A DNA stretch of 64,000 nucleotides from Mesotaenium endlicherianum (Eukaryota), in the NCBI GenBank assembly GCA_009602735.1, contig WELA01003365.1, positions 62,001 through 126,000 on the forward strand. The letters run 5' to 3'. Below the pieces are notes generated by a model. That model saw nothing but the letters and a program-made list of their open reading frames with translations. It searched no databases and was not told the origin of the DNA. The position numbers were made by a program, and so were the translations under genes. Below, one piece after another: positions 1 to 12,245 of the stretch (its first letter is position 1; each line of letters starts with the position of its first letter).

Positions 1-1023
1 GTACGGTGATTTACTGGGAGAAATGTAACCATTTTCCACCAGCTCTGCAATCTGTGTTTTCAACTCCTCACTCTCCACATAAGACAAGCCATACGTGTGT
101 TGCCAGGGTGGCTGGCTACCAGGTAATAAATCAATCCTATGATCTACTTCCCGCTTAGGGGGTAGTCCTGGAGGCATATTAAACACATCCGTGTACTGAG
201 CAACAATGTTTGCAGCAGTAGGGTGTTCCGGAGGGTGTACCTTTTTCTCAACCACTTCTTCAGGTTGAGGAGGTACCTCTCTTAGCAGCAGACAGAACAT
301 TCTGTCTTCCTTCTGGTTCCAGCTTTTGACGAACTCCATTGCATTCAGCAACTTGCATCCTTCTGGAAGCCTCTTCTTTTCCTTCATTTGCCATCCACAC
401 AGGACAAGAGGAAGAGCACTGGTGGGTGCCAAGTCAGTCTGCCCATCACTGGCTCCTCTCACTTTAACTGTACCTCTGCTCCAACACACTTCAGCTTGAT
501 GTCTATTAAGCCAGGACCTGCCTAGCACGAGATCATAAAAGCCAGTGTTGAGTACCTCAAATGTAAGCGTTTCAGTTAGAACTGCAATGCCAGAACCTAA
601 CTGGACCTCAATAGGCTTGGTTATAACTCCTCCCGGGATACTTGAGGCATCTCCAAGGAATATTTTTCTATTCCCTTGGGTGACAGTAGGCAGCCTTAGC
701 CGCTTAACTAAGTCCTTGTGGATAAAAGTATGTGACGCCCCTCCGTCAACAAATGCCCTCACCTTCCTACCTGCAATCATGCAATGCAGTAGGATAGGGG
801 GGACTGTCTTTTCCTGACTTTCGCATTGTTCTCCTGACGTAGCAAAGAAATGTTGGACATCAGGTGGAACAAGAGCATCCAGAGTGTGCACTCTCTGGAC
901 GTCTATATTGCTGATGGTCTCCTTTATCTGGTTGTCAGGCATGCATAGTGAATCCAGTTCAGCAGGACCCATAATACCTGCTACGAGGGCAGCTAGTGAC
1001 GACTCACTATCTCTAGCATCCTC

Positions 1024-1065
1024 ACAGTCAGTAGACTGGATTACTGACTGTTGCTGTCTTTTAAA
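1024..1065 (-). promoter_or_regulatory. Putative -1 ribosomal frameshift signal between gag and pol
   Basis: Minus strand U UUA AAA (1065-1059) in gag codon phase, a 7-nt spacer, then a perfect 10-bp stem ACAGUCAGUA/UACUGACUGU with 8-nt loop (1051-1024). Pol is in the -1 frame. Confidence 0.75.
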
Positions 1066-2519
1066 GGCTGGTCTTTTCTCTCGACCTTAGGCAGGTGCTT
1101 GACCGGACACTGTTCTCTGTAGTGGCCTTTCTGTTGACAATGGTAGCAAGTAGATTTTGCTGAGGTTGGTCTCGGCTTAGTCCTACCACCACCCCTTCCA
1201 TAGCCACCTCGAGAGGGACCACCTCTACCTCTAGACTGAATAGCATTGTACTCATACTCATATTCATCACCCTGATTATCCTCAGCCTAGTCTCCTTCAA
1301 CTGCATTGTAGGAACCGGGGGGCTTTTTGACAATCTTAGACACCAAAGCGTTACTCTGGCGCTTGTGATTGAACTGCTGCTGATCCCAGGCGTCAGCATC
1401 CTTGATCAAGTCAGCCAGTTTCTCATACTTTTTCTCAGCAAAATGACCAGAGACCTCGGATTTCAAGCCATACCTGAAGTATGCTATCCTATACCGTTCT
1501 GGCAAATCAGGCTGCTTCATCATGTTCTCTTGGAACTTTTGAGCAAACTCAGCAACTGAAGTGGTCTGCTTCAGTGTCAGGGAGATCATCGCATAGATAG
1601 CTTTCTCCTGCTGGTTGATGACATCAAACTTCTCATGCAACTTCTCGACAAACTCTACCCACGTAGGGTCACCGAGTTGCCGAGCCTTACGCTCTTCCTT
1701 CCAGTAAAGCCACCAGTCTGCGGCACTGCCTTTCAGTAGCGCACCGGTGTGCCTGACCTTCTCGTAATCTTGCAGTTCTGGGTAGTTCTCCAGCCACTGC
1801 TCAACATCCGCGAGAAACTTGATCAGGTAATATTTTCTGTTTCCCTCAGGATCATAGTCCTGGGGAGGTTTCGGCTTGGGCTTACTAGGCCCTCGGCCAC
1901 CACCACTAGTGGTGTGAGACCCCAGTTGGTCTCTGTCCCGGAGTAGGGACATTATGATTCTTTTGTCCTCCTGCTGGGACTGATACATGGTCGCCATTTG
2001 CGACTGCATCTGAACGAACAATGCTCCCAAGTCTACATTTTGGGGTGGTAGATTAGCAAATGCAGCAGCAGCATTGGCATCTACTCGCTGAGTAGTGTCC
2101 TCAACAATCCCTCTTGCTCCTGCAGCAGCAATTCCTGCCGCATTCAGCCGGTCACGTATTTGACCTAGGGGTACATTGAGTTGTACGGCAGGAGGTGGGT
2201 TCAGAACATTGGCCCTTGATGCCATAAGTTCTTCAACAGTGCGCTCGTCAGCTGGCTGTCCTTCCCTCCTTTGTATATCTTCAGCGGCCTTTGCTACTTG
2301 TTCAGCTTCTAGTCTGGCTATCTCCTCCTCAGCTTGCTGAGCTGCGACTGAGGCAATAGCAGCTGCCTCATCTGCAGCCTCCCTAGCTGCAGTATCCGCT
2401 ACTGCTTCCGAATAGGTACGGTTTCCCGCTACATGGCTTTCCGCCTGGTTTTCGACATTCTCGTTATCCTGGTTCTCCATGTCTCGGGAGTTGCTAGTTT
2501 GAGACCTTGTCCTTACCAT
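1041..2519 (-). pseudogene. gag: gag of copy 1, one premature TAG at 1287-1289
   Basis: ORF 1287..2519 has a retrotransposon-gag-like core (LLKGSAADWW...TWVEFVEKLHEKF...LKQTTSVAEF). The same frame continues past TAG (CAG in copy 2) through the zinc knuckle to TAA at 1041-1043. Confidence 0.9.
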
Positions 2520-2540
2520 ACAAAGAAGACTGTGATAACT

Positions 2541-2552
2541 GCTCCGATACCA
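2541..2552 (-). promoter_or_regulatory. Primer binding site (initiator tRNA-Met type), copy 1
   Basis: TGGTATCGGAGC one base after the LTR end ...TTTCA; one mismatch to the common plant PBS TGGTATCAGAGC. Confidence 0.85.
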
Positions 2553-2553
2553 C

Positions 2554-3299
2554 TGAAATGAATCGACTTACCAAATAGGCGATTAACAATTAATAAAGAT
2601 CTTTATATCAGCAAGTAATCTTTATGGTAATTTCCGTTAACTGGTTAAACGGCAAAGGACAATACACTAGCAGTGAATAATACTCGTAAGTCAAATGCGA
2701 GTAAACTAGCATCAATAATGCAAATCAGTAAACTCATACATAAGCAAGGTTAGAAGACAGTGCGTATCAATGGCTTCTCGCCTTGGATTCAGATCTCTCT
2801 CAGTAAGCTGTACAAGAGAGTTGGCCTCGTTTCCGAATGCCGAACTCGAGAGCAATGCCTAGCATATGTACATGGAATGAGTTTACTGTTCAACGGTCAG
2901 TGCGATGGCACCGCCTACCCGGGAGTTAACCACGTTGGTAGGACCTCGGTTAACCAAATCCACCGCCATCTCCCATCATCCCGAATAGCCATCCATCATG
3001 GGGATGTCATCTGGCCATTCATCTAGCAGGTGGTACTTAGATGCATATCAAGGCAGTTCGCTGCTACCGAGCACGGAAGTCAGCTGGCTGTCAAAGAATG
3101 TGTCAGCAAGCTGACTTAAGTTGACTTCAGCCTGCTGCTTTTGGCCGAGTCATTAAACTGATAATTATGTAAAGTCCAGCAGACTGATTATTAACTAAAG
3201 TTCAGCAGACTGACTACTAACTAAAGTTCAGCAGGCTGAACTAAATTAACTATTATATTTAAATGAATATTATGTCTACTAATATACTGATTCATTACA
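2554..3299 (-). repeat. 5' LTR of copy 1
   Basis: TGTAATGAATCAG...CGATTCATTTCA on minus; homologous to 12246-12964 and 20479-21200. Confidence 0.95.
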
Positions 3300-4245
3300 A
3301 CCTGTGACACACTACCCTTCATCAATTCATTAATCACCCTCTGACTGGGTGTCAACTTCCCCCCAGTTAGGCTATCCTCCGCCCCCCTAGGGAGCATCCT
3401 TCCCCCTTGCCCACCCTCCCTATTATTAGGAACTTTTTTTTGTGATTTTTTTTTCTGATTTGGCCTGTGCACACAACACACCCCTTGCTCCCTCCGCCTC
3501 CTTCAGCTCCTTCATTCTCTGCAGTGCTCTGAATGTAATTTTCCGTGCCTCCCCGTTTGAATCATCTCCCAACGACAGTGAAACTCCCTTTATTTGTGCC
3601 CCAACCCCCCTACTGGTTTTGTTACCTCCAATACTTGTTGTCTCTATGCCACTACCTCCCATTAAGTCCCCCCCCCCCCAATGGACAATGGGCCATCATC
3701 GTCGAATTCCCGTGGAAATCGTAAACTCCTTTCCCCACTGGCTGCAGAAAGCTCCGCCATGGCTATTTTTATATATTAGGTCACGACGTTTGTGCATAAA
3801 CCTGCCGCTTATTCTCCTTCATGAAGTTGCACGATTTCGGGGCCTACACTACCGACGGAACACGTACGCCGTTTTGTCTTTTTGTCTACACTACATCATT
3901 CGTTTTCGATATTCAATCACCGCAACTCGGGGGTACGCCGGTCAACAAGGTCTCCGGCAAGGACCCCGCTACCGTATCGTTTGTCGGCGGTTTGCATGTG
4001 GGAAATGAAATGCATGTGCACATCACAAAATGACTTGCCCGGAGTCTCTCATGGCCATTGTTCACCAGCTGCTCCACACATAATGCAGGTTGTGGTCCTG
4101 TATACTCCATTCCTGTACCTGTCTAATGCCTGAGCCGTCCGTTGCGGGTATACATGCGCATGTATTCATTTTATGCTGTCTGCAATGTGACCAAAATGTG
4201 TTAACAAAATCTGGAGTCATTTTCACCCACCTCGTTCCCAGGCAC

Positions 4246-7117
4246 ATGAAGATATGTAGTCTGTTCACGGGTATAGCCGGTTTTGAATAACCGTTTGTTG
4301 AGGATGGCCATGAGCTTCTTCTCATTGCTGAGAAGGACCCACATTGCCGAACGTTTCTCAGACACAAGTTCCCTGCTGTGCAAATTCATGATGATGCTGG
4401 GAGCTTGGCCCTTTTGCCATCGAAAATTGATATTGTTCTTGTTGGATTCCCTTGTCAAGACGTTTCCTCATGCTCCAACACAAGAGGGACCCCAATTTTA
4501 ATGAGGCGCACAGGAGAAGTCGTGCACCTTTGGCGTTTGTTGCGTCAGCAGCGGGTCCCAATTGTAATTCCAGAAAATATTTCGGGTATACTTAGTACAC
4601 ATTCTTCTGGTGCCCAACTTTATGTTCTGGAGGTAACTGCCGCACTCTTTGGCCTAGGCTACAATTGGGCTTATCGCTGTGTTCAGTGTCTCTCCTTTGG
4701 GCAGGCTCAAATGAGAGAGCGCTTTGTGTTAATGGCTATGAGGTTCGGGGACCCTCGTGACCTGCTGCTTGCCAACCTGGAGTGCTGTGGCAACACCTCG
4801 TTGTGTAGGTGTTGCCAACACAGGTTGCAGGGTAGAGCAACGTATGAAGGCTTGTGGGTTACTGGCCTCAATAAGGCTGCTCCTCATAAATCCTTGGCGC
4901 TGTGCCCTACTATCACGGGTGGCAACTGCGAATGTCTCCTGCTGGCGAAGGAGATTGGCCGTGGATTGCGTTTAAAGGTGCTAGACGTCAGCGATCTGGA
5001 GGATTTGCAAGGCTTTCCGCCAGGCTGGACGAGTGACATGGACAACCCCGTCGGCAGCTCCACCACCTGGCAAATGCCATACTCGTTGGGTTATCCACCT
5101 GGCTCGCAAAACAGGTGCGACTTATGTATGTGCACAAATACACCCGTGCCTCTAGTGACCTGCTCCTGGCACCCCAGGCCAGGTGGCCGAAATCAGTTTG
5201 GCAGATGAGGAGTGGCTGTGGCCACGTCCACCTAGCCCATGGTCTCAACTCATTGGTGGAGGGCTCCCTCATCTCTTCACTTTTCAGCGCTCATCTGGTG
5301 GTGTCCTCGGAAGAGCAGACCCAGGGCAAGGCCTCTTTGGTGCGGTGGCTTTCGCGGCCAAGGAGCGATGAGGTATGGGACAAGGTCCACTCTTTATCGG
5401 ATGCACTCAAGTCCAGCATCCTCTCTACGTGTAGGACCAGTCTTGCGGAAGCCGCTGTGTCCAGTCTCACAACCTCGCTGTCCAGCGCCCCGCCTTCAAT
5501 AACCACCGACGGCACATCCCTCTCAACCGCAGAGTGGAAGACTGTAATGAATCAGTTCATTATTTATTTAATTAATTGCATATATAAATATAACACTAAA
5601 TAAGTATTATGTCTATATACTCACATGTGCGAGTTCATCTAAATGAATGTATGTCGATGTAATGCGAGTTTACTTACTTTGTCAAAAAGGTCAGCAGGAT
5701 GACTTTTGTACCATAGTGTAGTTTGCTGACTTTGTTGAAAAGGTCAGCAGAATGACTTTTGTATCATAGTGTAGTTTGCTGAGATTTATATATCAGTTAT
5801 ATATAGGATATAATATCAATAGGTTGACATATAGTAAGCTCGCTTGATATTAGTCAATATACTTAGCTTCAGTACGCTGAGGATAGACATATTCATTTAG
5901 ATTGTTATTTGTAGATTGGCACATGTGACCGTAGTATACTGAAAGTCGGGAGGTCGACTGAGATTCGGTAAACCGATATCCTACCAGTGTGGTTAACTCC
6001 TGGGTAGGCGGAGCCGTCGTCAGTCAACTGAACAGTTAGGACTTCAGTCAACCGACCAATTAATATGGTCGTTATACCTAGATCCGTGGGTCCCAACTTA
6101 ACGGGTTTCCCACGAAACGGCGCACCTTGCACCGTGGTCAACCAGGTGGTCACTAGGTACATAGCAGGCTGGGATCTCGGGGTCCCTCATTCTGGACAGT
6201 AGGCTTTACAGTCGGATTTCTACTTGCAAGTCATGTGTGCACTTTTTGGGTTCGTTCTAATGACCAGCCTTCACGGAAATTGACATGGCTGCTTCGTTTG
6301 AGCTCTAAATGGAGCGAACTAGGACTTTTCGGAAAGGTCTCGTCAAGATGCATCCGTTGCTGTTAAGCTTGCTCAATTTGGAGCAGTATTGACAGAGTTA
6401 TGCCCTCTGACATTTTGGGGTCACACAGCGGACAGATTCCATGGTTTTCGCACCTAAGTCAGTGGGATGTGTTTGAGCTACTTTATGGTCATCTGAATGA
6501 GAGCGCCTTTGCTATTCAGTCCCCTGATGTTGTGTATGTGCTTACACATGCTTGTATGCCTGGTAGGCAAGAGGTCAGGAGTTTCTAAAGGAGAAGCTCT
6601 AGTCCTCAAGCTCGCCTCTTTCTTGTGTCTTGTGTTCGTGTGCAACTATGGCACACTACGATCAATGAGTGAGTCAAGGGTTATAGATGAGTAAACGGAA
6701 TTCATTATAAGGGCGAAGATTGCTCCCTGATTTTACACGCTTCCACCTATCTCTGATCTTTTATATTTAAAGAAAATATATTAAGCAAGATTCATTTCAA
6801 AGATCCTCAAAGTGCTTCACTTAGGGGGACACGAGCAGTGTAATGGCAGGAACAAGATACTGGAGTGCGCCATTCAGTTTGGTAAATTCGTGGAATCACA
6901 TGTGGTGTAGGTAAGTGGGGCCTCGTTGTTAACGTGCTCCTTACTTGTGGAGCATTTCAACGACTGGCCGAGAGTAGAAGCCAGGGAAGGGCTCTCTCGA
7001 CATGTGTGCAACCACAAGCACGTCAGCTTGATGGTTGGTGTGCAGGGATTGAAATGGCAGAAGGCTAACAAGTATCCGAGGGCCTATGTAAATAAAGCTT
7101 ATTTGCATACGTGGTAG
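4246..7117 (+). pseudogene. C5 cytosine DNA methyltransferase (Dcm-like) with C-terminal extension; in-frame stops, a frameshift and a solo-LTR insertion
   Basis: Motif I MKICSLFTGIAGFE, then TAA at 4288-4290 with the frame continuing. Motif IV VGFPCQDVS, VI PENISGI, VIII FGQAQMRERFVL, IX LEDLQGFPPGWT. Frame change near 5115-5200 (WPKSVW). After removing the solo LTR, AEWK joins in frame to ILKVLHLGG and ORF 6926..7117. A cag acceptor at 4239-4241 suggests possible upstream exons. Confidence 0.88.
5543..6799 (+). mobile_element. Solo LTR of a family related to the chromovirus LTRs
   Basis: Starts TGTAATGAATCAGT and ends GATTCATTTCA like the other LTRs. Shares the internal block GTGGTTAACTCC.GGGTAGGCGG.GCC. 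Flanks AAGAC (5538-5542) and AAGAT (6800-6804). No PBS or PPT adjacent. Confidence 0.85.
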
Positions 7118-7618
7118 GGCTTAGAGGGTTAGCTCTCAAACTTAACCATGACTATTGTTTGCTGTTTACTTAACCATATTAAGTCGATGCGTGCTGTAGG
7201 GCTATTTATTAACTCTCATGTTCCTTGTCTGCCCATACTAGTAATCCAAAAAATTTGCTCACCAAAGTGTCGACATAAATCTGCGTGTGTGTTTGCATGT
7301 GTGCGTGCGTGTGTGTGCGTGTGAGTGTGTGGTTGTGTGCACATCAACTTTGTACAACAACACTTTTCTTGCATACATTTTTTAAATACTACCACAAACA
7401 CTTATCAGAATGTACACTCCATCTTTTTTTACAGTACAGAAAAAAGATAGGATGAAGTGAGCAAAAAACTACAGTGCTTAGAACACGGTCAACTTCACAA
7501 AGGCAAGTAATAGTACCATGTGTAGACTACAAGGAACCTGGTGCCAAAATATCCTTTGTACAGCACTCTATGAAGAGTAACCCGTCAGCCTCTTGCAATT
7601 GCGAAACTTAGAGGCGTT

Positions 7619-8303
7619 TCAGATGCCTGAGACTCCACTATCGCTTGATCCAGCAACATGTCGATGCTCGTTGCGACAGTCCTCCGCCGTCACATGAGAT
7701 GACGGAGCTGGGTCTGCATCTCCCACACAACCAGCGTTGAGTCTCAGAATGGAATACGAATTGCATGTAGCAGAAGTTCTTCGCCTGAGGATATAACATA
7801 AATTTCAAACCCTCAGCCTATAGCAGGGGGGAGCAGGAACAGACCTCGCATTTGACTTCAAAAAGTGGTCAAGAGTGAAGAAAGATGTTACCTGTCAGCC
7901 AGCAGCAATGCTTATGCTCCAGCGATTTCACATTTGGTATGATCTGTTTCACTTCACTTATGTAAGCTTCAATCTCTGCTGTGAGCGGTCCAGCTGATTG
8001 TAACCTCTTACTCATTCGTCGTAAAGTCGCTTCTTCGTCAAGAATCCTTTGGCATAGCACAGCACACTCCATATCCAACAGATCATTCAGCTGGTTCACA
8101 TGTTCGTCTTTCTTCAACTTCAAGCTGCACACTCCTTGCAAAATTCCTTCATAGCTTCTCTGATTTAAGACAAGCTCTTCCTTCACTTCTGCTTTGCATG
8201 CCTCCAGAATGTGTGTTAACTCACGAATCTCTGTTCTAACACCCCTTTTCAACACAATTGGGGTACGTCCTAAGATAGCGCGATGTGGGCGCTTCTCTGC
8301 CAT
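7619..8303 (-). CDS. Orphan helical/coiled-coil protein A1 (probably spliced); paralog of A2
   Basis: MAEKRPHRAILGRTPIVLKRGVRTEIRELTHIL...DMECAVLCQRILD...RLQSAGPLTAEIEAYISEVK and last segment GCVGDADPAPSSHVTAE...SGVSGI* align with 21698-21290 and 12060-11934. Confidence 0.6.
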
Positions 8304-8690
8304 TGCACACAAATTTGATGCTGGATGGACATTGACATTGCGGAGGTATATTAGTATTGGTTGAGCCAACTTGACAAAGGGAAATTGTGTCGTACCACGA
8401 TGTTGTGAGTTACAACATTTGTTCATTTCGAGTCGTCGGAAGCTCAGACGCGTAGTCGACAATGATCTCATAGATCATAAGGCAATGACCTCATAGATCA
8501 TGAGAGTATGTGTCGACCACCCAAAGTTGAGTGGTCGGTGGCACGCACCATCCTCCGCCACATCGATCCCACGTAGCAAACTCCTTCACTGGAGTTTATA
8601 TTTCCTCACTTAGCAGCTTATATACTGCGGGCAGTCAGACCCTTATGGAGTCCATCACCCGAATTCTTTTAGCGACATATTTGGTAAGCA

Positions 8691-9229
8691 ATGTCTTCTT
8701 CCAGGTTTGATGACGTTCTGGAGGGTGCCAAACGTGTGTTTTTGCAATTAACCGTCCTCCGAAACGAAGAAGAAGTACACTTAGGGCCCACGTATCAATG
8801 CTGTGCTCTTAAGTTACAAAGAATTCAATTTGAGCATGATAAAGCATCCCAGGAAAAGCTTTCCCTACAAAGAAAAGTTTCAGAGTTGGAGACAGCCCTC
8901 GCAGTACGCTATAGACGTGGCAAACTCACTGTGACCGGAACAAACAAGAGTGGGCCAAGGAGAGAACCATGTTGAAGCTGGAAATGGATTTGCTGGTTCT
9001 GGAAACTATAAAACTGAAGGATCATTGTAGGTGTTACGTTGAAGAGAAGCCTCCTCCGTACAACATGCACACTGTAGTTTCCAGGGAACTTAGTCGCCAG
9101 CTCCTATTAGAGGATTCGCAGGCGGTTGAAGATAGGGAGAATGCATCTATACTCCGTTCCAACTCCTCAAGGTATGGGGTCGGAGAAGCACCAGAGGGCA
9201 CACAAGAGGGAGTGGAAGCATTGAATTGA
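8691..9229 (+). pseudogene. Orphan coiled-coil-like protein B, apparently frameshifted near 8965
   Basis: Two abutting ORFs (8691..8975, 8969..9229) with heptad-like L/E/K-rich composition; divergent from A1; no family recognised. Confidence 0.35.
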
Positions 9230-9695
9230 GACCCTCTACCTCCCAAAGTGCACCATACTGCCATGCCACTCCCTTCTGCCAATGTAAGTATGTTCGTTTT
9301 ACTTTTCCCTCTTCTCCCACTGCTTTAGTCCTCTTGTTCTTATGCAGAAGATTGAGGGATAATGTAATTAAATGTCATTAGAAGTATTCAAACTTTTACG
9401 ATATTCTGAACAATGGAAAGGGTGCAATTAGACTAATCTCGTAGTCATCATTGTGTTTTTCACTTCCACTGTCATTGTGGTGATTCCCCTACTTTGCTTC
9501 TTGCACAACACGCCACTCTGCCCCTTTTCCCGCACCTTCTCTCCCCCATCTTTCCCATTTTCCACTCTTGCTGTCTACGTATACCTCCTTCCCGTTATTT
9601 TCCTGTTGCTGCCAGGACCATGTTAATCCCATAGCTATTGTCACGCAGGCTGGACATAATTTCTCTCCTGACTTCCAAGATATGCTGGATATTTC

Positions 9696-11057
9696 ATGCC
9701 TCCAAAGGGTCCCCTACCAAGAGAGCGGGTGACTCCACGAACGTCTCCAACAGATGATGCAGGGCCAAAGAGACCTGCTTGTCATTTGCCTTATCAAGGG
9801 TCTCTCATTGTACCTTTAATGGCCTCCAGGGTCCACCAAGGCACGCTGGATGTTGGCGAGGTTGGTTGTATATATACCTCTCCTGAACATGTGACATGCA
9901 TGAAGTAGTACATTCAAGCTCATGTGTGGAAGTACACCGTGTTGCAAATATTGGTCTATGCATGTTCATTTTCTGCATGGCATGCTATGCTTGCCTTGAT
10001 AAGACCTGTGCGTTGATTTTTACATCTTTCTGTGCACATGCAGGTCAAACTTGTGCGAGAAGGAGGTCTCAAAGACAATCCCTATACTATCCGGGTGGAG
10101 AACTCAAGGGGCAGCACTATTGGCTATGTGCCTCTGGAAGTGAGCAAGCATATAGCACCTCTTGTGGATGACCTAGGTTGGGCAAGGATATCCGGCACCT
10201 TCGCCGAGCGACGACAGGTAGAACGAATTCCTGAGGTATGAATACTTGTTTATTTCCAAGCATGCCATGTATTTACATGTATTTCACTTCAGTATATGCT
10301 CATACAGTACATGGTCACCTGTGTTTCAAGTTCTCTTAGTTCTGTGTGTATGAGGCACTTGGGTGATGTAGGGTGGGCCAGTGTATGTTTGAAAGTGCAC
10401 CGTCCTGCACTGTTAAGACCTCCATTATTCTTTTGAGCGCTAATAATGCATTGCGGGTATATGCCTCAACGGCCCGTTGCTGTGCATGTATATGCCTCTC
10501 GTGAGTGCAGCTTTGTTGCATACTCAACATGTATGGCTCCAGTCAACATGCAGCATACATTACAGAACGCCTACACCTTGGAAGTCTGGTTCTCAACTAT
10601 GTCGATAGTTTGAAGGATACATCAGTGGAGGACACCTATGCAGAGCATGTTTCAGCTGCTTACAACGCGAAAGGCACTCCTGGACATCCTCACACACCAA
10701 TTTCCCAATCGAAAGAAGATATTATCCGCGCAAGAAAGGTGTGCAATGTCCTCTTCATATTGCTTACTGCTTTGTTCATTTGCAACGTGTAACATCTCAT
10801 CTATGACATGCAGGCTTGATTTGCCACACCTACACTTCACATGCTCATTTCCACCTAAATGCTCAGGTTTCATCTGTGGTTTTGTTGCTGACTTCTTGCT
10901 TTGCCCTCATGCTTGCAGAGGATGCATTGCGAAGAGTATCCAAGCAGCGCCGAGCGGGAGAACCACCCTGATGCAGATCAAATTCGGCCTTCTAATGGAC
11001 CAGACCAAGAAGCTCGCATGAGAGGCAGTGTCCTACTTCTACTTGATCCGGATGCTG
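9696..11057 (+). CDS. Stand-alone HIRAN-domain protein (HLTF/Rad5-type N-terminus), spliced; 3' end uncertain
   Basis: GT-AG joins in phase: 9696-9860, 10044-10235, 10511-10738, then about 10918-11057. Product GSLIVPLMASRVHQGTLDVGE|VKLVREGGLKDNPYTIRVENSRGSTIGYVPLEVSKHIAPLVD matches the HIRAN pattern (L.RE..N..D..AI.V....G..IG..P.......AP..D). No SNF2 motifs follow. Confidence 0.75.
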
Positions 11058-12245
11058 GTAGGTCAAGTATTTTACATCATCTTAGCGACTCAAATGTTGT
11101 ACATGATAAGATGTTGAGGAAGAAGCTAAGAAGCTATAATCTATGAAGGTGCTCTTTGTCAGTATAGTGTACACGGTACACTTTGAGGGTACCACAACTT
11201 TAATGTTATACAATTGAGACAATATTGAACATACGCTTCAAAGACGCACGCATGTTATATGTGACACCACTTATTACGAAGCACTTATAAGGCATTGCAA
11301 GTCCATTAAACAAGTAAGTCAACTCATAGGGCAAGTAGACCAATGCATAGAAAGAAAGTATCAATTGCTGTATCATTGACTAAGATTGCACCGTTCTACC
11401 GTTGTATGAGTTACGGATTGATGAGGTGCCTATCCGCTTTAGTTTGCCAACCTCTATACTCGTCCCGCTTGAGTCCGAGGTTACCACAGCACACTCATGC
11501 AGTCACATTTTAGTTCCTCAATCTCTCTTTTGCAGGCCCAAGACCAGTAGCTGTTCACCTGTGGACAAGCTCAGGTCCAGGACCAAATAGTGTCAATGAA
11601 CTTATTAGCCCCTGGAAGGTGTAGTGGACAGCACAGTTGTAGACTTTCATACATGTGCATCGTCTCACCTCTGTTTGTCTTCTACTGCAAATGACAAAAA
11701 GTGATCATGTATGAAACTGCATCATTTTGTACTGACTTGGAAACAGATGACAATATATATCAGGACAAATGTAGATATACGGTTGCACACAACTAAAACC
11801 CAGAAGCCTCTGACAGATAGTGTAACATGAGTAGCGCTACAGGACACGAGTTTTTGTATGAAGTAACAAGCGCACACTACACTGTATAAAGATTAGTGGG
11901 TCTGGTGTAGCATGCAAAGAGTTTACACACATTTCAGATGCCTATGCTCCCAGACTCTCCCAATGCAGCAAGACGGCGACGCTCATCTTGACGTTCTTTT
12001 GCCGTCCCATGAGATGAACTGCCTGTTACAGTTGGGTCTATGTATCCGACACAACCAAAGCTGAGTATAAGATACCAAAACAGCCTGTACAAGAAGTTGT
12101 TTGGCAAAGAGTATAAACATAACCAAAGACCTGAATCCAAAACTCACATACGTGGGATTTTCAGGTCGCCATAATATCATCTGTGAGTGAAGGCGGCATC
12201 ACTTTCCAAGTAACAGACGTCAAACACTAGAGTACAGTACATATC

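Larger units (their letters stand above)
1..3299 (-). mobile_element. Ty3/gypsy LTR retrotransposon copy 1 (5' part: 5' LTR, PBS, gag, protease; runs off the left edge)
   Basis: Near-identical and colinear to 17935-21200 of the full-length element. Shows LTR, PBS, gag with CCHC knuckle and protease motif FVDGGASHTF. Confidence 0.95.

Noticed and set aside
2760..3026. Repeated 88-aa ORF (also 12451 and about 20690)
   Set aside because: Lies within the LTRs and is broken in the third copy; recurrence is explained by LTR identity.
4246..5208. Methyltransferase encoded by the LTR retrotransposon
   Set aside because: It lies outside the 5' LTR of copy 1 (ends 3299), and the neighbouring LTR at 5543 is a TSD-flanked solo insertion into it.
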